Below, piece after piece: positions 45,783 through 56,702 of a DNA stretch of 64,000 bases; position 1 is the stretch's first letter, and every line of letters starts with the position of its first letter. This DNA is from Salinivirgaceae bacterium. GTDB taxonomy: Bacteria; Bacteroidota; Bacteroidia; Bacteroidales; SZUA-534. The stretch lies in NCBI GenBank assembly GCA_050251815.1, contig JBFWMB010000001.1:43054-107053 (forward strand), read 5' to 3'. The translations under genes and the position numbers were made by a program. The notes beneath the pieces were generated by a model that was not told the origin of the DNA, made no database searches, and saw only the letters and a program-made list of their open reading frames with translations.

Positions 45783-46640
45783 TTAATTGGTATGAATGGT
45801 AAATTTCTGCTGGTTAACCGCATCGTTATAAATATTTATCTCGAGGTCTTTTATAAGCTTTACCTTACGGTGATTAATCAGAATGTCGTTTATTTGTGGC
45901 TTTACAAAAACAAGAGGTGTGGTATCGGATTTCAATTTATAGTCGGTAATGGCCATAAAATAGCGATACAATGAATCGGAAGCCTCGAGGTAGCGGTTGT
46001 ATTTTAAAAAATGTTCCTGATCGCTCACCTTGCGGGGGAAGTAGTCCAAGATAGTATTAAAATACTGCCATTCTTCGCCCATATAAAAGTTTCGGGCATT
46101 CTGATAGCAATAGTCTTCGAGCGAAATCATATTCTCTTCGGTTTGTTTTTTTATCCAGTTACTAACCTGGTAGCCATCGTGAACTGATTTTGGAATCTGA
46201 ACAAAAATAGCTTTTACCACATTGCTGTCGAGCCGAAAATTACCGGCATGCTCGTTATAATATTCCTCAATTTGACTTTCTGTAACTACCGTATCGAGTT
46301 TTTCCTGAATCAGCATTTGCTGATACTTAAACAAAAACAACGAGGTACGATAATTATCTATCATTATATCAATACTTTGTTGGGTTTTTTTATCCAGGTT
46401 CAATTCTGCTTTTTCAAGCAACAATTGATTCCTTACCCATTTTTCAATGTAATTCTGAGCAAAGGAGATACTGTCAATTTCTTTCATGTCGGCAGGAACA
46501 GCCATTTTCAACTCCGAATAAGTAAGCTTTTTACTGCCTACCACTGCTATAATTTTATCGTGATGATTCCCGTTAAAAAGCTGGGAACATCCGGTAATAA
46601 AAATTACCAACAGCGCAAGTACACTAAATTTAATTCTCAT
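45783..46640 (-). CDS. Conserved lipoprotein with a SurA-N-like helical domain (PPIase-cluster partner)
   Basis: Lipobox ITGC; IAVVG..KL..SEL, I.KWV..QLL...AE, I..YY; no parvulin catalytic signature seen. Confidence 0.6.
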   Translation of the reverse strand: MRIKFSVLALLVIFITGCSQLFNGNHHDKIIAVVGSKKLTYSELKMAVPADMKEIDSISFAQNYIEKWVRNQLLLEKAELNLDKKTQQSIDIMIDNYRTSLFLFKYQQMLIQEKLDTVVTESQIEEYYNEHAGNFRLDSNVVKAIFVQIPKSVHDGYQVSNWIKKQTEENMISLEDYCYQNARNFYMGEEWQYFNTILDYFPRKVSDQEHFLKYNRYLEASDSLYRYFMAITDYKLKSDTTPLVFVKPQINDILINHRKVKLIKDLEINIYNDAVNQQKFTIHTN

Positions 46641-46672
46641 TTTTGTAAAAAATCGGCAATTGCTTGCCTGGT

Positions 46673-48655
46673 TTATGGTTTTACCATGGCATTAAAAACT
46701 TCCTGATGAATGCTTACCGGATATTTCTCACGCAATTCTTTTAGCCATTCTTTTTCCAGAAAGTTTTGATAATCGGCTGTAATAAGGCCCCGAACATCGC
46801 TCAGTTCTTTAGGTTCCGGTGCAACCACCCGGTTTATATAAACCAAAATGTATTTATTATCTGCATTCACCACAGTTTTAATCCCGGGTTTCCACGATAC
46901 GGCATCGACCCATTCATTGGCTCCCTTCTCATACAAATTGTTGGTTATATCCAAACTAAAAGTCGAATCTTTGGCCATTGCCCTGGAATTAAAATCAACT
47001 TTAAGCTGAGTCAGATTCGTATTTTTCTTGCCGGTTTTTTTTGCCAGTTTGATAATTTTTTTCTCAAAAGCCTTATTATTAAAAGTATAAATAGTTGCAT
47101 CGGCACGTTCGCCCCAAAGGTAATTTTGCCTGTTTAATTCATAATATTTTTCAAGTCCAACTGTATCTTCAACGGCTTTCGACCAAACCATTTTATCCGT
47201 TAAATTAAAAAGCAGGATTCCGTCGTGATATTCCTGCAACAAATGTTTAAATTCGGGATGTTTTGCAGGCAACAAGTGCGTTTCATAATCGCGTAATTTG
47301 GTTTCAACCATGCGCTCCAACTCGGTATCGATTAATACAGGGATTGGTTTTTTAACCCTGCGTGATTTGGTTTCAGCCAGGAATTCAGCAAAATCGGCCT
47401 GGGTATAAACCAGGGTATCGGCTATAGTAAAAACCGGCTCGCTCAGGTTTTTGATTTTTTCGTTAGTCCAATTTCCTTCATAAATTGAAGAATCGACCAG
47501 TGAATAAAACACTTCAATCGCTTTTTTATTCAAAGCCAAGCGGTACTCATTTTTTAAACGATTGATTACCATTTGTTCTGCTCTTTGCGCTCTAACATCT
47601 TTTGAAATCTTACTTTTAATTGACGGTTTCAATACATCGTAAGCATCCAAAGGTTTTTTGTCGATAAGTTTAACAATATGCCACCCGTAAGCGGTTTGAA
47701 CCGGTTCTGAAATTCCCCCAACTTCAGCTATTGAAAAAGCAGCTTTTTCAAATTCCGGAATCATTCGTCCGGACTGAAAATAAGGCAATTCACCACCCCG
47801 GGCACTGGTTCCTCGGTCGTCGGAATAGGTACGAACCAGGTCTTCAAAATTTGCTCCGGCTTGCAAGGAATCGTATAGCTGATAAATTTTTTCACGCTCC
47901 TTGGCAACTTTTTCAGCATTGCTTCCCTGCGGAACAGCCCGCATAATATGGGCCACTTTAACCTGCCCCTTATCGGGGCGTTTATCGGCAACTTTTATTA
48001 TATGATAACCAAAACGGGTACGCACTATCTCAGAAATTTCGCCTACTTTAGTATTGTAAGCACCACTTTCGAAAGGATATACCATACTAAAAGCCGTAAA
48101 ATAACCCAAATCGCCTTTGTTATTTACTACTGACGGATCTTCAGAGTTTTGAACGGCTAATTCAGCAAAATCCTCCCCTTTGATTGCCCGCTGACGTATT
48201 TTTTTAATTTTATTATAAGCCTTCAATGTATCGGCAGGTAAAGCATCTTCGTTGCAAGTTATCAGAATATGACTGGCGCGAATATTCCATTTCATTCGCT
48301 CATAAGCCTCACGAATCAATGCCTCGTCGGTATCTTCATCGGTAAAATAAGGTTTTTCCAACTGCTTACGGTATCCTTTCAGTTCCGAAATAAATGCTGG
48401 CAGGGTGTCCATTCCCAGGGCTTCAGCTTCCATTACTTTCAACTTAAAATTCACAAACAGCTCCATATATTCTTCGAGCGATGCTTTATCGTAAGCCGGC
48501 TCCTGATTATTTTTGGTATAAATCCGTTCAAATTCTTCCAGCGAAACATCTTTATTGCCAATTGTCAGCAAAACATTGTCAGAATTGGTTTGAGCCGTTA
48601 AAAATGAAAAAGAACTAACAAAAAATAACAAAATAATAAGTGATTTATGCTTCAT
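46673..48655 (-). CDS. Peptidyl-prolyl isomerase with two parvulin domains (SurA/PpiD-like)
   Basis: IRASHIL, F.ELA...SEDP....KGDLGYF, RTRFGYHIIK; second VAHIM, SDD..T..RGGELP, QTAYGWHIVK; signal peptide. Confidence 0.87.
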   Translation of the reverse strand: MKHKSLIILLFFVSSFSFLTAQTNSDNVLLTIGNKDVSLEEFERIYTKNNQEPAYDKASLEEYMELFVNFKLKVMEAEALGMDTLPAFISELKGYRKQLEKPYFTDEDTDEALIREAYERMKWNIRASHILITCNEDALPADTLKAYNKIKKIRQRAIKGEDFAELAVQNSEDPSVVNNKGDLGYFTAFSMVYPFESGAYNTKVGEISEIVRTRFGYHIIKVADKRPDKGQVKVAHIMRAVPQGSNAEKVAKEREKIYQLYDSLQAGANFEDLVRTYSDDRGTSARGGELPYFQSGRMIPEFEKAAFSIAEVGGISEPVQTAYGWHIVKLIDKKPLDAYDVLKPSIKSKISKDVRAQRAEQMVINRLKNEYRLALNKKAIEVFYSLVDSSIYEGNWTNEKIKNLSEPVFTIADTLVYTQADFAEFLAETKSRRVKKPIPVLIDTELERMVETKLRDYETHLLPAKHPEFKHLLQEYHDGILLFNLTDKMVWSKAVEDTVGLEKYYELNRQNYLWGERADATIYTFNNKAFEKKIIKLAKKTGKKNTNLTQLKVDFNSRAMAKDSTFSLDITNNLYEKGANEWVDAVSWKPGIKTVVNADNKYILVYINRVVAPEPKELSDVRGLITADYQNFLEKEWLKELREKYPVSIHQEVFNAMVKP

Positions 48656-48693
48656 TGTTTGTTTTTTTAGTTGCGTTTTAATAATCGGTTTTA

Positions 48694-50160
48694 TTAACGT
48701 GAATAATTGGGAGCTTCTCTGGTAATGGTAACATCGTGGGGGTGACCTTCGGCCATACCGGCGTTTGTAATTCGCACAAACTGTGCCTTTTTCAATGCTT
48801 CGATATTAATAGCTCCGCAATAGCCCATTCCGGCTCGCAAACCACCAATCATTTGGTAAATAACTTCCTGTAAAGTTCCTTTGAAGGGAACACGGGCCGA
48901 GATTCCTTCGGGAACCAGTTTCTTGATATCGTCTTCGGTATCCTGGAAATAACGGTCTTTAGAGCCTTGCTGCATGGCCTCAACCGAGCCCATTCCACGG
49001 TACGATTTGAATTTTCGTCCCTGGTAAATAATTGTTTCACCCGGCGACTCGTCGGTTCCGGCAAAAAGGGAACCAATCATAATGGAATCGGCACCTGCAG
49101 CCAGACCTTTTACCACATCGCCCGAATAGCGGATACCTCCGTCACCAATAATGGGAACACCTGTTCCACTTAATGCTTCAGAAACCCAGCTAATGGCCGA
49201 TAATTGGGGAACACCCACTCCGGCAACAATTCGGGTAGTACAAATGGATCCGGGTCCAATTCCTACTTTTACCGCATCGGCTCCGGCCTCAACCAAGGCC
49301 AGTGCTGCTTCGGCTGTGGCAATATTTCCCACAACAAAATCGACTTGTGAAAACTTCTTTTTAGCCATTTTCAGGGTTTCAATTACTCCTTTTGAATGGC
49401 CATGTGCCGTGTCAATCACAATGGCATCGACACCAGCTTCGACCAAAGCGGCAATGCGATCCATGGTGTCGAACGTAACGCCGACTCCTGCTGCTACGCG
49501 TAACCTTCCTTTACTGTCTTTACAAGCGTTGGGACGATCTTTGGCTTTGGTTATGTCTTTATAGGTAATTAGTCCGATTAATTTGTTGTCGTCATCAACC
49601 ACGGGCAGTTTTTCGATTTTGTGCTTCATCAGAATTTTTGCCGCCTGCTCCAAATCAATGGTTTGCTTGGTGGTGACAATGTTTTCGGCAGTCATTACAT
49701 CGGCAATTGACTTTTCGGTGGTTTCAAAACGCAAATCACGGTTGGTAACAATGCCAATTAAGGTATTGTAATTATCGACCACGGGAATTCCGCCAATTTT
49801 AAATTCTTTCATTAACTGAAGGGCATCAGAAACGCTTTTATCTTTGGTTATTGTAACCGGATCGATAATCATTCCGTTCTCAGCCCGTTTTACCATTTTA
49901 ACCTTTCGTGCCTGCTCCTCAATGCTCATGTTTTTATGGATTACACCAATACCTCCTTCACGAGCAATGGCAATTGCCATGGTCGATTCGGTTACGGTAT
50001 CCATTGCTGCAGAAACAATGGGTGTATTCAAGCGTATGTTTCTCGAAAACTGTGTAGTAATGTCGACGTTTCGCGGTAATACATCAGAATAGGCCGGTAC
50101 CAGATACACATCATCAAAAGTAAGCCCTTCGCCAATAATCTTATCGTTAATAAATGCCAT
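48694..50160 (-). CDS. guaB: IMP dehydrogenase
   Basis: [20 protein letters not shown] pair, [31 protein letters not shown]; start at MAFINDK. Confidence 0.97.
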   Translation of the reverse strand: MAFINDKIIGEGLTFDDVYLVPAYSDVLPRNVDITTQFSRNIRLNTPIVSAAMDTVTESTMAIAIAREGGIGVIHKNMSIEEQARKVKMVKRAENGMIIDPVTITKDKSVSDALQLMKEFKIGGIPVVDNYNTLIGIVTNRDLRFETTEKSIADVMTAENIVTTKQTIDLEQAAKILMKHKIEKLPVVDDDNKLIGLITYKDITKAKDRPNACKDSKGRLRVAAGVGVTFDTMDRIAALVEAGVDAIVIDTAHGHSKGVIETLKMAKKKFSQVDFVVGNIATAEAALALVEAGADAVKVGIGPGSICTTRIVAGVGVPQLSAISWVSEALSGTGVPIIGDGGIRYSGDVVKGLAAGADSIMIGSLFAGTDESPGETIIYQGRKFKSYRGMGSVEAMQQGSKDRYFQDTEDDIKKLVPEGISARVPFKGTLQEVIYQMIGGLRAGMGYCGAINIEALKKAQFVRITNAGMAEGHPHDVTITREAPNYSR

Positions 50161-50400
50161 AGTTTTTAAGCGTTCTGTAGTTTTTAAAATTGTGCCAAAA
50201 TACAAAAAAATCGGGTACGGAGGCCTTAAAAAATTGATTTTTAAAATTGGCTGCCTGTACTGACCAGGTTAAAACCGTTTACTTTTAAACTCCAGATTGC
50301 CCAATAATTATAGCTGTTGGCCCAAGGTTTAGCAAAATTTGCCAATTCTGGTTTGAAACAGCACCCGGTTGATTAACGCTTTTTCAGCAAAAAAAGTATA

Positions 50401-50426
50401 AAAAAAGGCCGCCTGGGCGACCTTTC
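50401..50426 (-). terminator. Terminator after pepF
   Basis: Minus strand AAAGGTCGCC-CA-GGCGGCCTTTTTTT. Confidence 0.7.
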
Positions 50427-50459
50427 TCGTTGAATAACCTATAAACTTGCTTACAGGTT

Positions 50460-52349
50460 TTATTTTATCTTTCCTACTTTACGCAATTCCACTTCCAACT
50501 GATTTACCAACTGATTCATTTGACTTACCACTGCTTCGAAAGGTTCGGCGGTTGTTAAATCAACTCCCGCATCTTTTAAAATTTCGATAGGGAAATCACT
50601 GCTTCCGGCACTAATAAAATCGATGTATCGGGCAATGGCTTCTTTTTTATCTTTTTTGCTTCCGTTTAACACATCGTTCGATAATTTGGCTGAAGCCGAA
50701 TAACTGGTTGCATATTGATAAACGTAATAGTACAATTCATAAAAGTGCATTACTCGGGCCCAATTGTATTTTCCGTATTCGGTTTTTTCAACGGCATCGC
50801 CGTAGTATTTCTGATTGAGCGATTCCCAGATTTCGGACAGTATTTTCTCATTTACAGGCTGACCTTTTTCAATCAGGGTATGAACCTGCAATTCGTAGTC
50901 GGCAAACATGGCCTGCGTATAAAAAGTACCACTAATATTCTCAATTTGTTGCACCAATAAAGCAATGCGCTGATTGGGATCTTTGGTGGTTTTTAGCAAA
51001 TAATCCATCAACAAATGTTCGTTAAAAGTAGAGGCAACTTCAGCAACAAAGCGGCTGTACTGAGCTGTGGCAAAGGGTTGCTTTTCGTTTGAGAACATGC
51101 TGTGCATGCTGTGTCCCAGTTCGTGGGCTAAGGTAAAACTATCGTCGAGGGTACCGGCATAGTTCAGCATAATAAAGGGATGAATTCCGTACAATCCCAA
51201 ACTGTAGGCACCAGGTTCCTTACCGGGCGTTTCGTAAACATCGATCCAACGATTTTCGAGCATAAAATCAACCCTGTTTTTGTAGGTTTCACCCAAAGGT
51301 TCAATGGCTTCGAGAACCAGCTTTTTTGATTCGGGATAAGTTAGTTTGGTTTCGGCTTTTACCAATTCAACCATACCATCGCTGCCATAATATTTCTCAA
51401 GACCCAGCGCTTCTTTTCGTAGTTGCAAATATTTTTGCAAGGGCTTGGTATTGTTACCGGCTGTAGTTATTAACGAAGTGTACACGGTAGTGGGAATACT
51501 GTCGCCCGACATGGCTGCTTCAAGACAGGATTCAAATCCCCGTGCATTGGCACTGGCCCAGCGGGCTTCCAAAATTCCGGAATAAATACTGGCATAGGTG
51601 TTTTTGTTTTTTGCATATTCTTTACGATGCAATTCACTAACCATCAAGCGTTCGTCCTGGTTAGGATTTTCAGCCATTACCTGGCGCACACCCACCGGAC
51701 TGGCCACCACAACAGAACTGTCTTTAAGGGTAACTTCGGGAAATTCCATGTCGGAATTGGCCAAAGCCCCGTAAGTTCCCGAAAGAGAACCCAACGCTTT
51801 GGAATAATAAGCCAGCACTTCGTTTTTCTCGGCACTTAAAACAAAATCCTGCAAGCGGTATTGATCCATAAGGGCAAAGCGGCTTTTATTCAGGTATTCC
51901 GACTGACTAATCCATTTACTCATGGTTTCTTTGGGAATGGCAATCATTTCCGATTCAACCCACGATGTAGCCATGCCGTATTGCGAAAATAAGGTGGAAA
52001 CCAATTGCATTTTGCTCATCAAATCGGTATTTTTTGAATCAATGGAACGTTGCAGGCTTACGTAAGGGTACAAACGCATAATTATTTTGTACATGGCTTC
52101 CTGTTTCTTGAAAAACAATTCCAGATTTTCTGAGCTTTCTTTCAGCTTTCCCTGAAACTGGTTTAATTCGGGAATTAAGGCCATTACTTTATCGTAATCG
52201 GCCTGCCAGGCATCCCAACCGGAATACAAATCGTTAAAATTCCAGGTGTATTCTACGGGAACCTCATCTCTGCTTTTATAATTCACGCTTTGAGCGAAAA
52301 GGTTTAAAGAAAAGACAGTGGTTAGTAAAAGGATAAATAATTTTCTCAT
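50460..52349 (-). CDS. pepF: Oligoendopeptidase F (M3B) with N-terminal signal peptide
   Basis: R.EVP.EYTWN..DLY, WIDVYE..GK..GAYS, HPFIMLNY, TLAHELGHSMH (HExxH), FVAEVASTFNE, YYVYQYAT; start MRKLFILL. Confidence 0.88.
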   Translation of the reverse strand: MRKLFILLLTTVFSLNLFAQSVNYKSRDEVPVEYTWNFNDLYSGWDAWQADYDKVMALIPELNQFQGKLKESSENLELFFKKQEAMYKIIMRLYPYVSLQRSIDSKNTDLMSKMQLVSTLFSQYGMATSWVESEMIAIPKETMSKWISQSEYLNKSRFALMDQYRLQDFVLSAEKNEVLAYYSKALGSLSGTYGALANSDMEFPEVTLKDSSVVVASPVGVRQVMAENPNQDERLMVSELHRKEYAKNKNTYASIYSGILEARWASANARGFESCLEAAMSGDSIPTTVYTSLITTAGNNTKPLQKYLQLRKEALGLEKYYGSDGMVELVKAETKLTYPESKKLVLEAIEPLGETYKNRVDFMLENRWIDVYETPGKEPGAYSLGLYGIHPFIMLNYAGTLDDSFTLAHELGHSMHSMFSNEKQPFATAQYSRFVAEVASTFNEHLLMDYLLKTTKDPNQRIALLVQQIENISGTFYTQAMFADYELQVHTLIEKGQPVNEKILSEIWESLNQKYYGDAVEKTEYGKYNWARVMHFYELYYYVYQYATSYSASAKLSNDVLNGSKKDKKEAIARYIDFISAGSSDFPIEILKDAGVDLTTAEPFEAVVSQMNQLVNQLEVELRKVGKIK

Positions 52350-52421
52350 ATGTTCTTTTTTAGTTGATTTTGTAATACAAGCATAAAACGCTAAAAAAAC
52401 GGATCGGTTACACCCCGTCAT

Positions 52422-52457
52422 TCAGGTTTTTCAACATAAGCGTTGAACCAAACCTGA
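52422..52457. terminator. Long imperfect hairpin downstream of the TonB-receptor remnant
   Basis: TCAGGTTT-TTCAAC [ATAAGC] GTTGAA-CC-AAACCTGA. Confidence 0.5.
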
Positions 52458-52468
52458 CACAAGGGTAT

Positions 52469-52828
52469 TCAGTAAGTTAAAAAATGCTGCAACAGGCATT
52501 TAAATTTGATTAGAAAATCATGCAGCTTTAATTGTAAATATCCGGATTGTAATTGCTGTTGTAGAGCGAATCGAGGAAGGTCCTGAAAGGTTGAATATCC
52601 TACAAACGAAATGGTTAGTTTTACCTTACCTGCCGGTAGTGTTAAGGAATAAAAACCATAAGTGTTGGTGATGGTTCCCAGGTAATCATTGGCATTATAA
52701 ACGTTGGCACCAATAAGCACCTCGCCATTCTCCGAATCGCTAATATAACCACTAAGGGTAAATTTTTGTACAAACAAAACACCGAACCATCCACACAAAA
52801 AAGAAATGAGCAGTATTTTTTTTATCAT
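52469..52828 (-). pseudogene. Truncated TonB-dependent receptor (signal peptide + CarbopepD-like domain only)
   Basis: MIKKILL...QKFTLSGYISDSENGEVLIGANVY...GTITNTYGFYSLTLP...ISFVGY is the typical receptor N-terminus; the sequence then loses similarity and stops at ~119 aa, with no plug or barrel. Confidence 0.72.
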
Positions 52829-52949
52829 AAGGGCTAATTTTGACTGCTCAAATAAACGAAAATGCAATTACATTATTGTTAATAAAAACTTAAAGTTTCC
52901 ATTAAATGAAAAAACTTACCCTAAAAACACATTTAAAGGAAAATTTGCA

Positions 52950-54485
52950 CTACAAAGGAATATTGCCATGTTTTTTAGGTGGATTGCTTTCATTCTTATT
53001 CCGGCACATTTCAAGGGCCTGAACTAACTTAAACCGGGTTTCACGGGGTTTAATAATTTCATCGATATACCCTAATTCGGCCGCTTTGTAGGGATTGGCA
53101 AATTTTATCCGGTAATCTTCAATAGCCTCAGCACGTTCAGAATCTGTTAATCCTCTTTGAAGGATATTCACCGCTCCCTCGGCTCCCATTACGGCAATTT
53201 CGGCCGTTGGATAGGCCAGATTTACATCGGCTCCAATGTGTTTGCTGGCCATTACATCATAGGCCCCTCCATAAGCTTTTCGGGTAATTAAGGTAATTTT
53301 GGGAACGGTGGCTTCGGCAAAAGCATACAAAAGTTTGGCCCCGTGCTTTATAATTCCTCCAAACTCCTGACTGGTACCGGGCAAAAATCCGGGGACATCG
53401 ACCAGGGTAATTAAAGGAATATTAAATGCATCGCAAAAGCGCACAAACCGGGCTGCTTTTACAGAACTGTTGATGTCGAGAACACCTGCCATGTATTCCG
53501 GATTGTTGGCAACAATACCTACCGAAAATCCACCCAGGCGCGCAAAACCAATGGTAATATTTTGCGCATACAGTGGCATCACTTCAAAAAAGTTGTGATC
53601 GTCAACAACCGATTCTATAATGTCTTTCATGTTGTAGGGTTTGTTCGGATCGGCAGGAACCAGCGTTTGCAGTTTTTCGTCCTCGCGATAAACAGAATCG
53701 TTGCAAGGGCGAACCGGAGCATCATCCAGGTTATTTGAAGGAATAAAACCAATTAACTCGCGAAGCATCATCATGGCCTGCTCGTCGTTGTCGGCGGTAA
53801 AATGAGCCACACCGCTTTTGCTGTTATGCGTAAGTGCACCGCCTAGTTGTTCTTTGGTAACTTCTTCGTGGGTCACCGTTTTTATAACGTCGGGGCCGGT
53901 AACAAACATGTAACTGGTATCTTTCACCATCATAATAAAATCGGTAAGGGCAGGCGAATAAACAGCACCGCCGGCACATGGCCCCATAATTACCGAAATC
54001 TGGGGAATTACTCCCGATGCTTTTACGTTCAGATTAAAAATATCGGCATAACCCGCAAGACTCTCTACCCCTTCCTGGATGCGTGCTCCGCCCGAATCGT
54101 TTAAACCAATCAGGGGAGCACCCATTTTCATGGCGAGTTTGGTAATTTTCACAATTTTATCGGCATTGGCCCGGCTAAGTGAGCCTCCGAATACGGTAAA
54201 ATCCTGAGCAAAAACATAAATCAGCCGGCCATCAACTTTTCCGTAGCCACAAACCACGCCATCGCCAAGGATGCGGTTTTTCTCCATGCCAAAATCGTGG
54301 GAGCGATGGATTACCAGTTTATCTACTTCAACAAAAGTATCGGGGTCGAGCAAATCGGCAATACGCTCACGGGCGCTTTTTTTGCCTGAAGCATGCTGTT
54401 TTTCAATTCTGTCAGCTCCTCCGCCCAATTCAGCGGCCCTATTTTTCTCATCAAAAATCCGGTATTTATCGTCGAGTGTTTGCAT
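52950..54485 (-). CDS. Acyl-CoA carboxylase carboxyltransferase subunit (PccB/MmdA type)
   Basis: [86 protein letters not shown]. Confidence 0.93.
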   Translation of the reverse strand: MQTLDDKYRIFDEKNRAAELGGGADRIEKQHASGKKSARERIADLLDPDTFVEVDKLVIHRSHDFGMEKNRILGDGVVCGYGKVDGRLIYVFAQDFTVFGGSLSRANADKIVKITKLAMKMGAPLIGLNDSGGARIQEGVESLAGYADIFNLNVKASGVIPQISVIMGPCAGGAVYSPALTDFIMMVKDTSYMFVTGPDVIKTVTHEEVTKEQLGGALTHNSKSGVAHFTADNDEQAMMMLRELIGFIPSNNLDDAPVRPCNDSVYREDEKLQTLVPADPNKPYNMKDIIESVVDDHNFFEVMPLYAQNITIGFARLGGFSVGIVANNPEYMAGVLDINSSVKAARFVRFCDAFNIPLITLVDVPGFLPGTSQEFGGIIKHGAKLLYAFAEATVPKITLITRKAYGGAYDVMASKHIGADVNLAYPTAEIAVMGAEGAVNILQRGLTDSERAEAIEDYRIKFANPYKAAELGYIDEIIKPRETRFKLVQALEMCRNKNESNPPKKHGNIPL

Positions 54486-54509
54486 AGAAATATCTTTTAC
54501 ATTTTTTGC

Positions 54510-55019
54510 TTATTCAATTTTTAGTAGTGGTTGATTTCCATCAATGGTTTGGTCTTCTTTTACATAGATATCAGTTATCACCCCATCTTTCATGGCTTTG
54601 TACTCACTTTCCATTTTCATGGCTGCAATAATAATTACGGTCTCGCCTTTCTGAACCTTGTCGCCGGGCTTTACCGGAATCTTAACCACTTTACCGGGCA
54701 TGGGCGATACCAGCGTACTCTCTGCTTCGAATTCATTTCCTGCACTCCGGGCCCGCTGATACCGGGTTTCGGCATCGATAATCTCTGCCTGATAGGAATG
54801 ATAAAAAGTATTTATGGCATATTTTTTTGGGCTATCGGTAGCAATTAACTCCACATTGTACGATAATCCATTGTATAAAACCGAATAGACCCCCTGTTCT
54901 ACCTGAATCATATCTAACTGATAAACTTTATCATCGACCTTAATGGTGATAATGTTTCCATCTTCGGCCAATAATTCCACTTTTGCCAGGCGTTCATCCA
55001 ATTGTACTTCCATAGCCAT
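54510..55019 (-). CDS. Biotin carboxyl carrier protein with N-terminal BT-like domain
   Basis: SPMPGKVVKI..K.GD.V..G, AMKME biotinylation motif. Confidence 0.92.
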   Translation of the reverse strand: MAMEVQLDERLAKVELLAEDGNIITIKVDDKVYQLDMIQVEQGVYSVLYNGLSYNVELIATDSPKKYAINTFYHSYQAEIIDAETRYQRARSAGNEFEAESTLVSPMPGKVVKIPVKPGDKVQKGETVIIIAAMKMESEYKAMKDGVITDIYVKEDQTIDGNQPLLKIE

Positions 55020-55057
55020 ATCAGAATGTTTTTAGTTGTGAATGATTTTATTCGTTG

Positions 55058-56578
55058 TTAATTCATGCGTTTTACCTGCTGACTTCGGTGAAAGTCTTTC
55101 CAGCGGCTGGATTTTCCTGCTTGATTAAACCCATTCCGGCATTTTTTAATTTTTTGATGGAAATCCATAAAAGCGGTAACAATAGCCAGATCTTCAAATT
55201 GAGTTTTAGCCTCGTCGCCAGCCAGCAGAAACGACTCATTATTCTTAATAAAATGGGTGTTGTAATTTCCTTCCTTAAAGTCGGGGCAGTCCATTATGCG
55301 TTCCAAAAATTTAATGTTTGTTTTTACACCGGTAATTTTATACTCGTACAAAGCCCGGCGCATGCGCTCAATGGCTTCTTTACGTGTAGGTGCCGAAACA
55401 ATCAGCTTCGAAATCATGGGGTCGTAATCCATAGGAATCCGAAATCCTTCGAAAACATAGCCATCGGTACGAACACCCAAACCAAGAGGCTCGGTAATGT
55501 GCGTAACCAAACCCGGACTGGGCATAAAATTGTTATCGGTATCTTCGGCATAAATACGTGCCTCAATGGCGTGACCAAATTGAATTACCTGCTCCTGCTT
55601 TATTTCTAACGGACGCCCTTCGGCTATCAGAATCTGTTGCTTTACAATGTCGTACCCGGTTACGCGCTCTGTTATCGGGTGTTCCACCTGTAAGCGGGTG
55701 TTCATCTCAAGAAAATAATAATTCAGCTGGTCATCGACCAAAAACTCAATGGTACCCGCCCCGTAATAATTAACCGCTTTAGCAGCAGCAATGGCATGCT
55801 GTCCCATTTTCTCGCGCAGTTCAGCATTCATAATGGGTGAAGGGGTTTCCTCCACAACTTTTTGATGCCTACGCTGAACCGAACACTCGCGTTCACAGAG
55901 ATGAATTACATTTCCGTGCTGGTCTCCCAATATTTGAAATTCGATATGATGCGGCGAGGCAATGTACTTTTCGACATACACCGTATCGTCGCCAAAGGCT
56001 GTTTTTGCCTCAGAACGGGCTCCGCGCAAAGAACTAATTATTTCAGATTCCTTTTCGACCAGACGCATACCCTTTCCTCCGCCCCCGGCCGATGCTTTTA
56101 TCATTACCGGAAGTCCAATTTCATTAATTAGTTCAACAACTTTTTCATCGTCGGAAAGTTTTGTGTTTGTGCCCGGAACTACGGGAACACCACTCTTTAA
56201 CATGGTGGTACGAGCCGTAATTTTGTCGCCCATGGTACTTATCACTTCGGGTGTGGGACCAATAAAAATTATTCCTTCCTGCTGACACCGCTGACTAAAC
56301 GCAGCATTCTCGCTTAAAAAACCATAACCCGGATGAATGGCATCGGCTTTTGAAAGTTTTGCCACTTCAATAATCTTATCAATATTCAGGTAACTTTCGC
56401 TCGAAGGGGCCTCACCAATAGGGTATGCCCGGTCGGCATAGCGAACATGCATGGCGGTTCGGTCAACATCAGAATAAACGGCTATAGATTTAATGCCCAT
56501 CTCCCGGCACGAACGCATAATCCGAAGAGCAATTTCGCCCCGATTGGCAACCAATACTCTGTTAATTTTTTTCACCAT
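55058..56578 (-). CDS. accC: Biotin carboxylase subunit
   Basis: VLVANRGEIALRI, HPGYGFLSEN, IKASAGGGGKGMR, RECSVQRRHQK, GAGTIEFL, EMNTRLQVEHP, YDPMISKL; start MVKKINR. Confidence 0.93.
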   Translation of the reverse strand: MVKKINRVLVANRGEIALRIMRSCREMGIKSIAVYSDVDRTAMHVRYADRAYPIGEAPSSESYLNIDKIIEVAKLSKADAIHPGYGFLSENAAFSQRCQQEGIIFIGPTPEVISTMGDKITARTTMLKSGVPVVPGTNTKLSDDEKVVELINEIGLPVMIKASAGGGGKGMRLVEKESEIISSLRGARSEAKTAFGDDTVYVEKYIASPHHIEFQILGDQHGNVIHLCERECSVQRRHQKVVEETPSPIMNAELREKMGQHAIAAAKAVNYYGAGTIEFLVDDQLNYYFLEMNTRLQVEHPITERVTGYDIVKQQILIAEGRPLEIKQEQVIQFGHAIEARIYAEDTDNNFMPSPGLVTHITEPLGLGVRTDGYVFEGFRIPMDYDPMISKLIVSAPTRKEAIERMRRALYEYKITGVKTNIKFLERIMDCPDFKEGNYNTHFIKNNESFLLAGDEAKTQFEDLAIVTAFMDFHQKIKKCRNGFNQAGKSSRWKDFHRSQQVKRMN

Positions 56579-56652
56579 AAAACGGGAGTTATTAATTAAT
56601 TCAACACAAGATACTATAAACAAGCGGTTTTTTATAATGTTGTATAAAACAG

Positions 56653-56682
56653 AAAAGGCTGCCCCGAATGGAACAGCCTTTA
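56653..56682 (-). terminator. Terminator after rnfA
   Basis: Minus strand AAAGGCTG-TTCC-ATTC-GGGG-CAGCCTTTT. Confidence 0.7.
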
Positions 56683-56702
56683 ATTATATTTTGGAAATTC
56701 TA

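Noticed and set aside
52950-56578. Na+-pumping methylmalonyl-CoA decarboxylase
   Set aside because: A biotin carboxylase is present and there is no membrane beta (OadB/MmdB) subunit.
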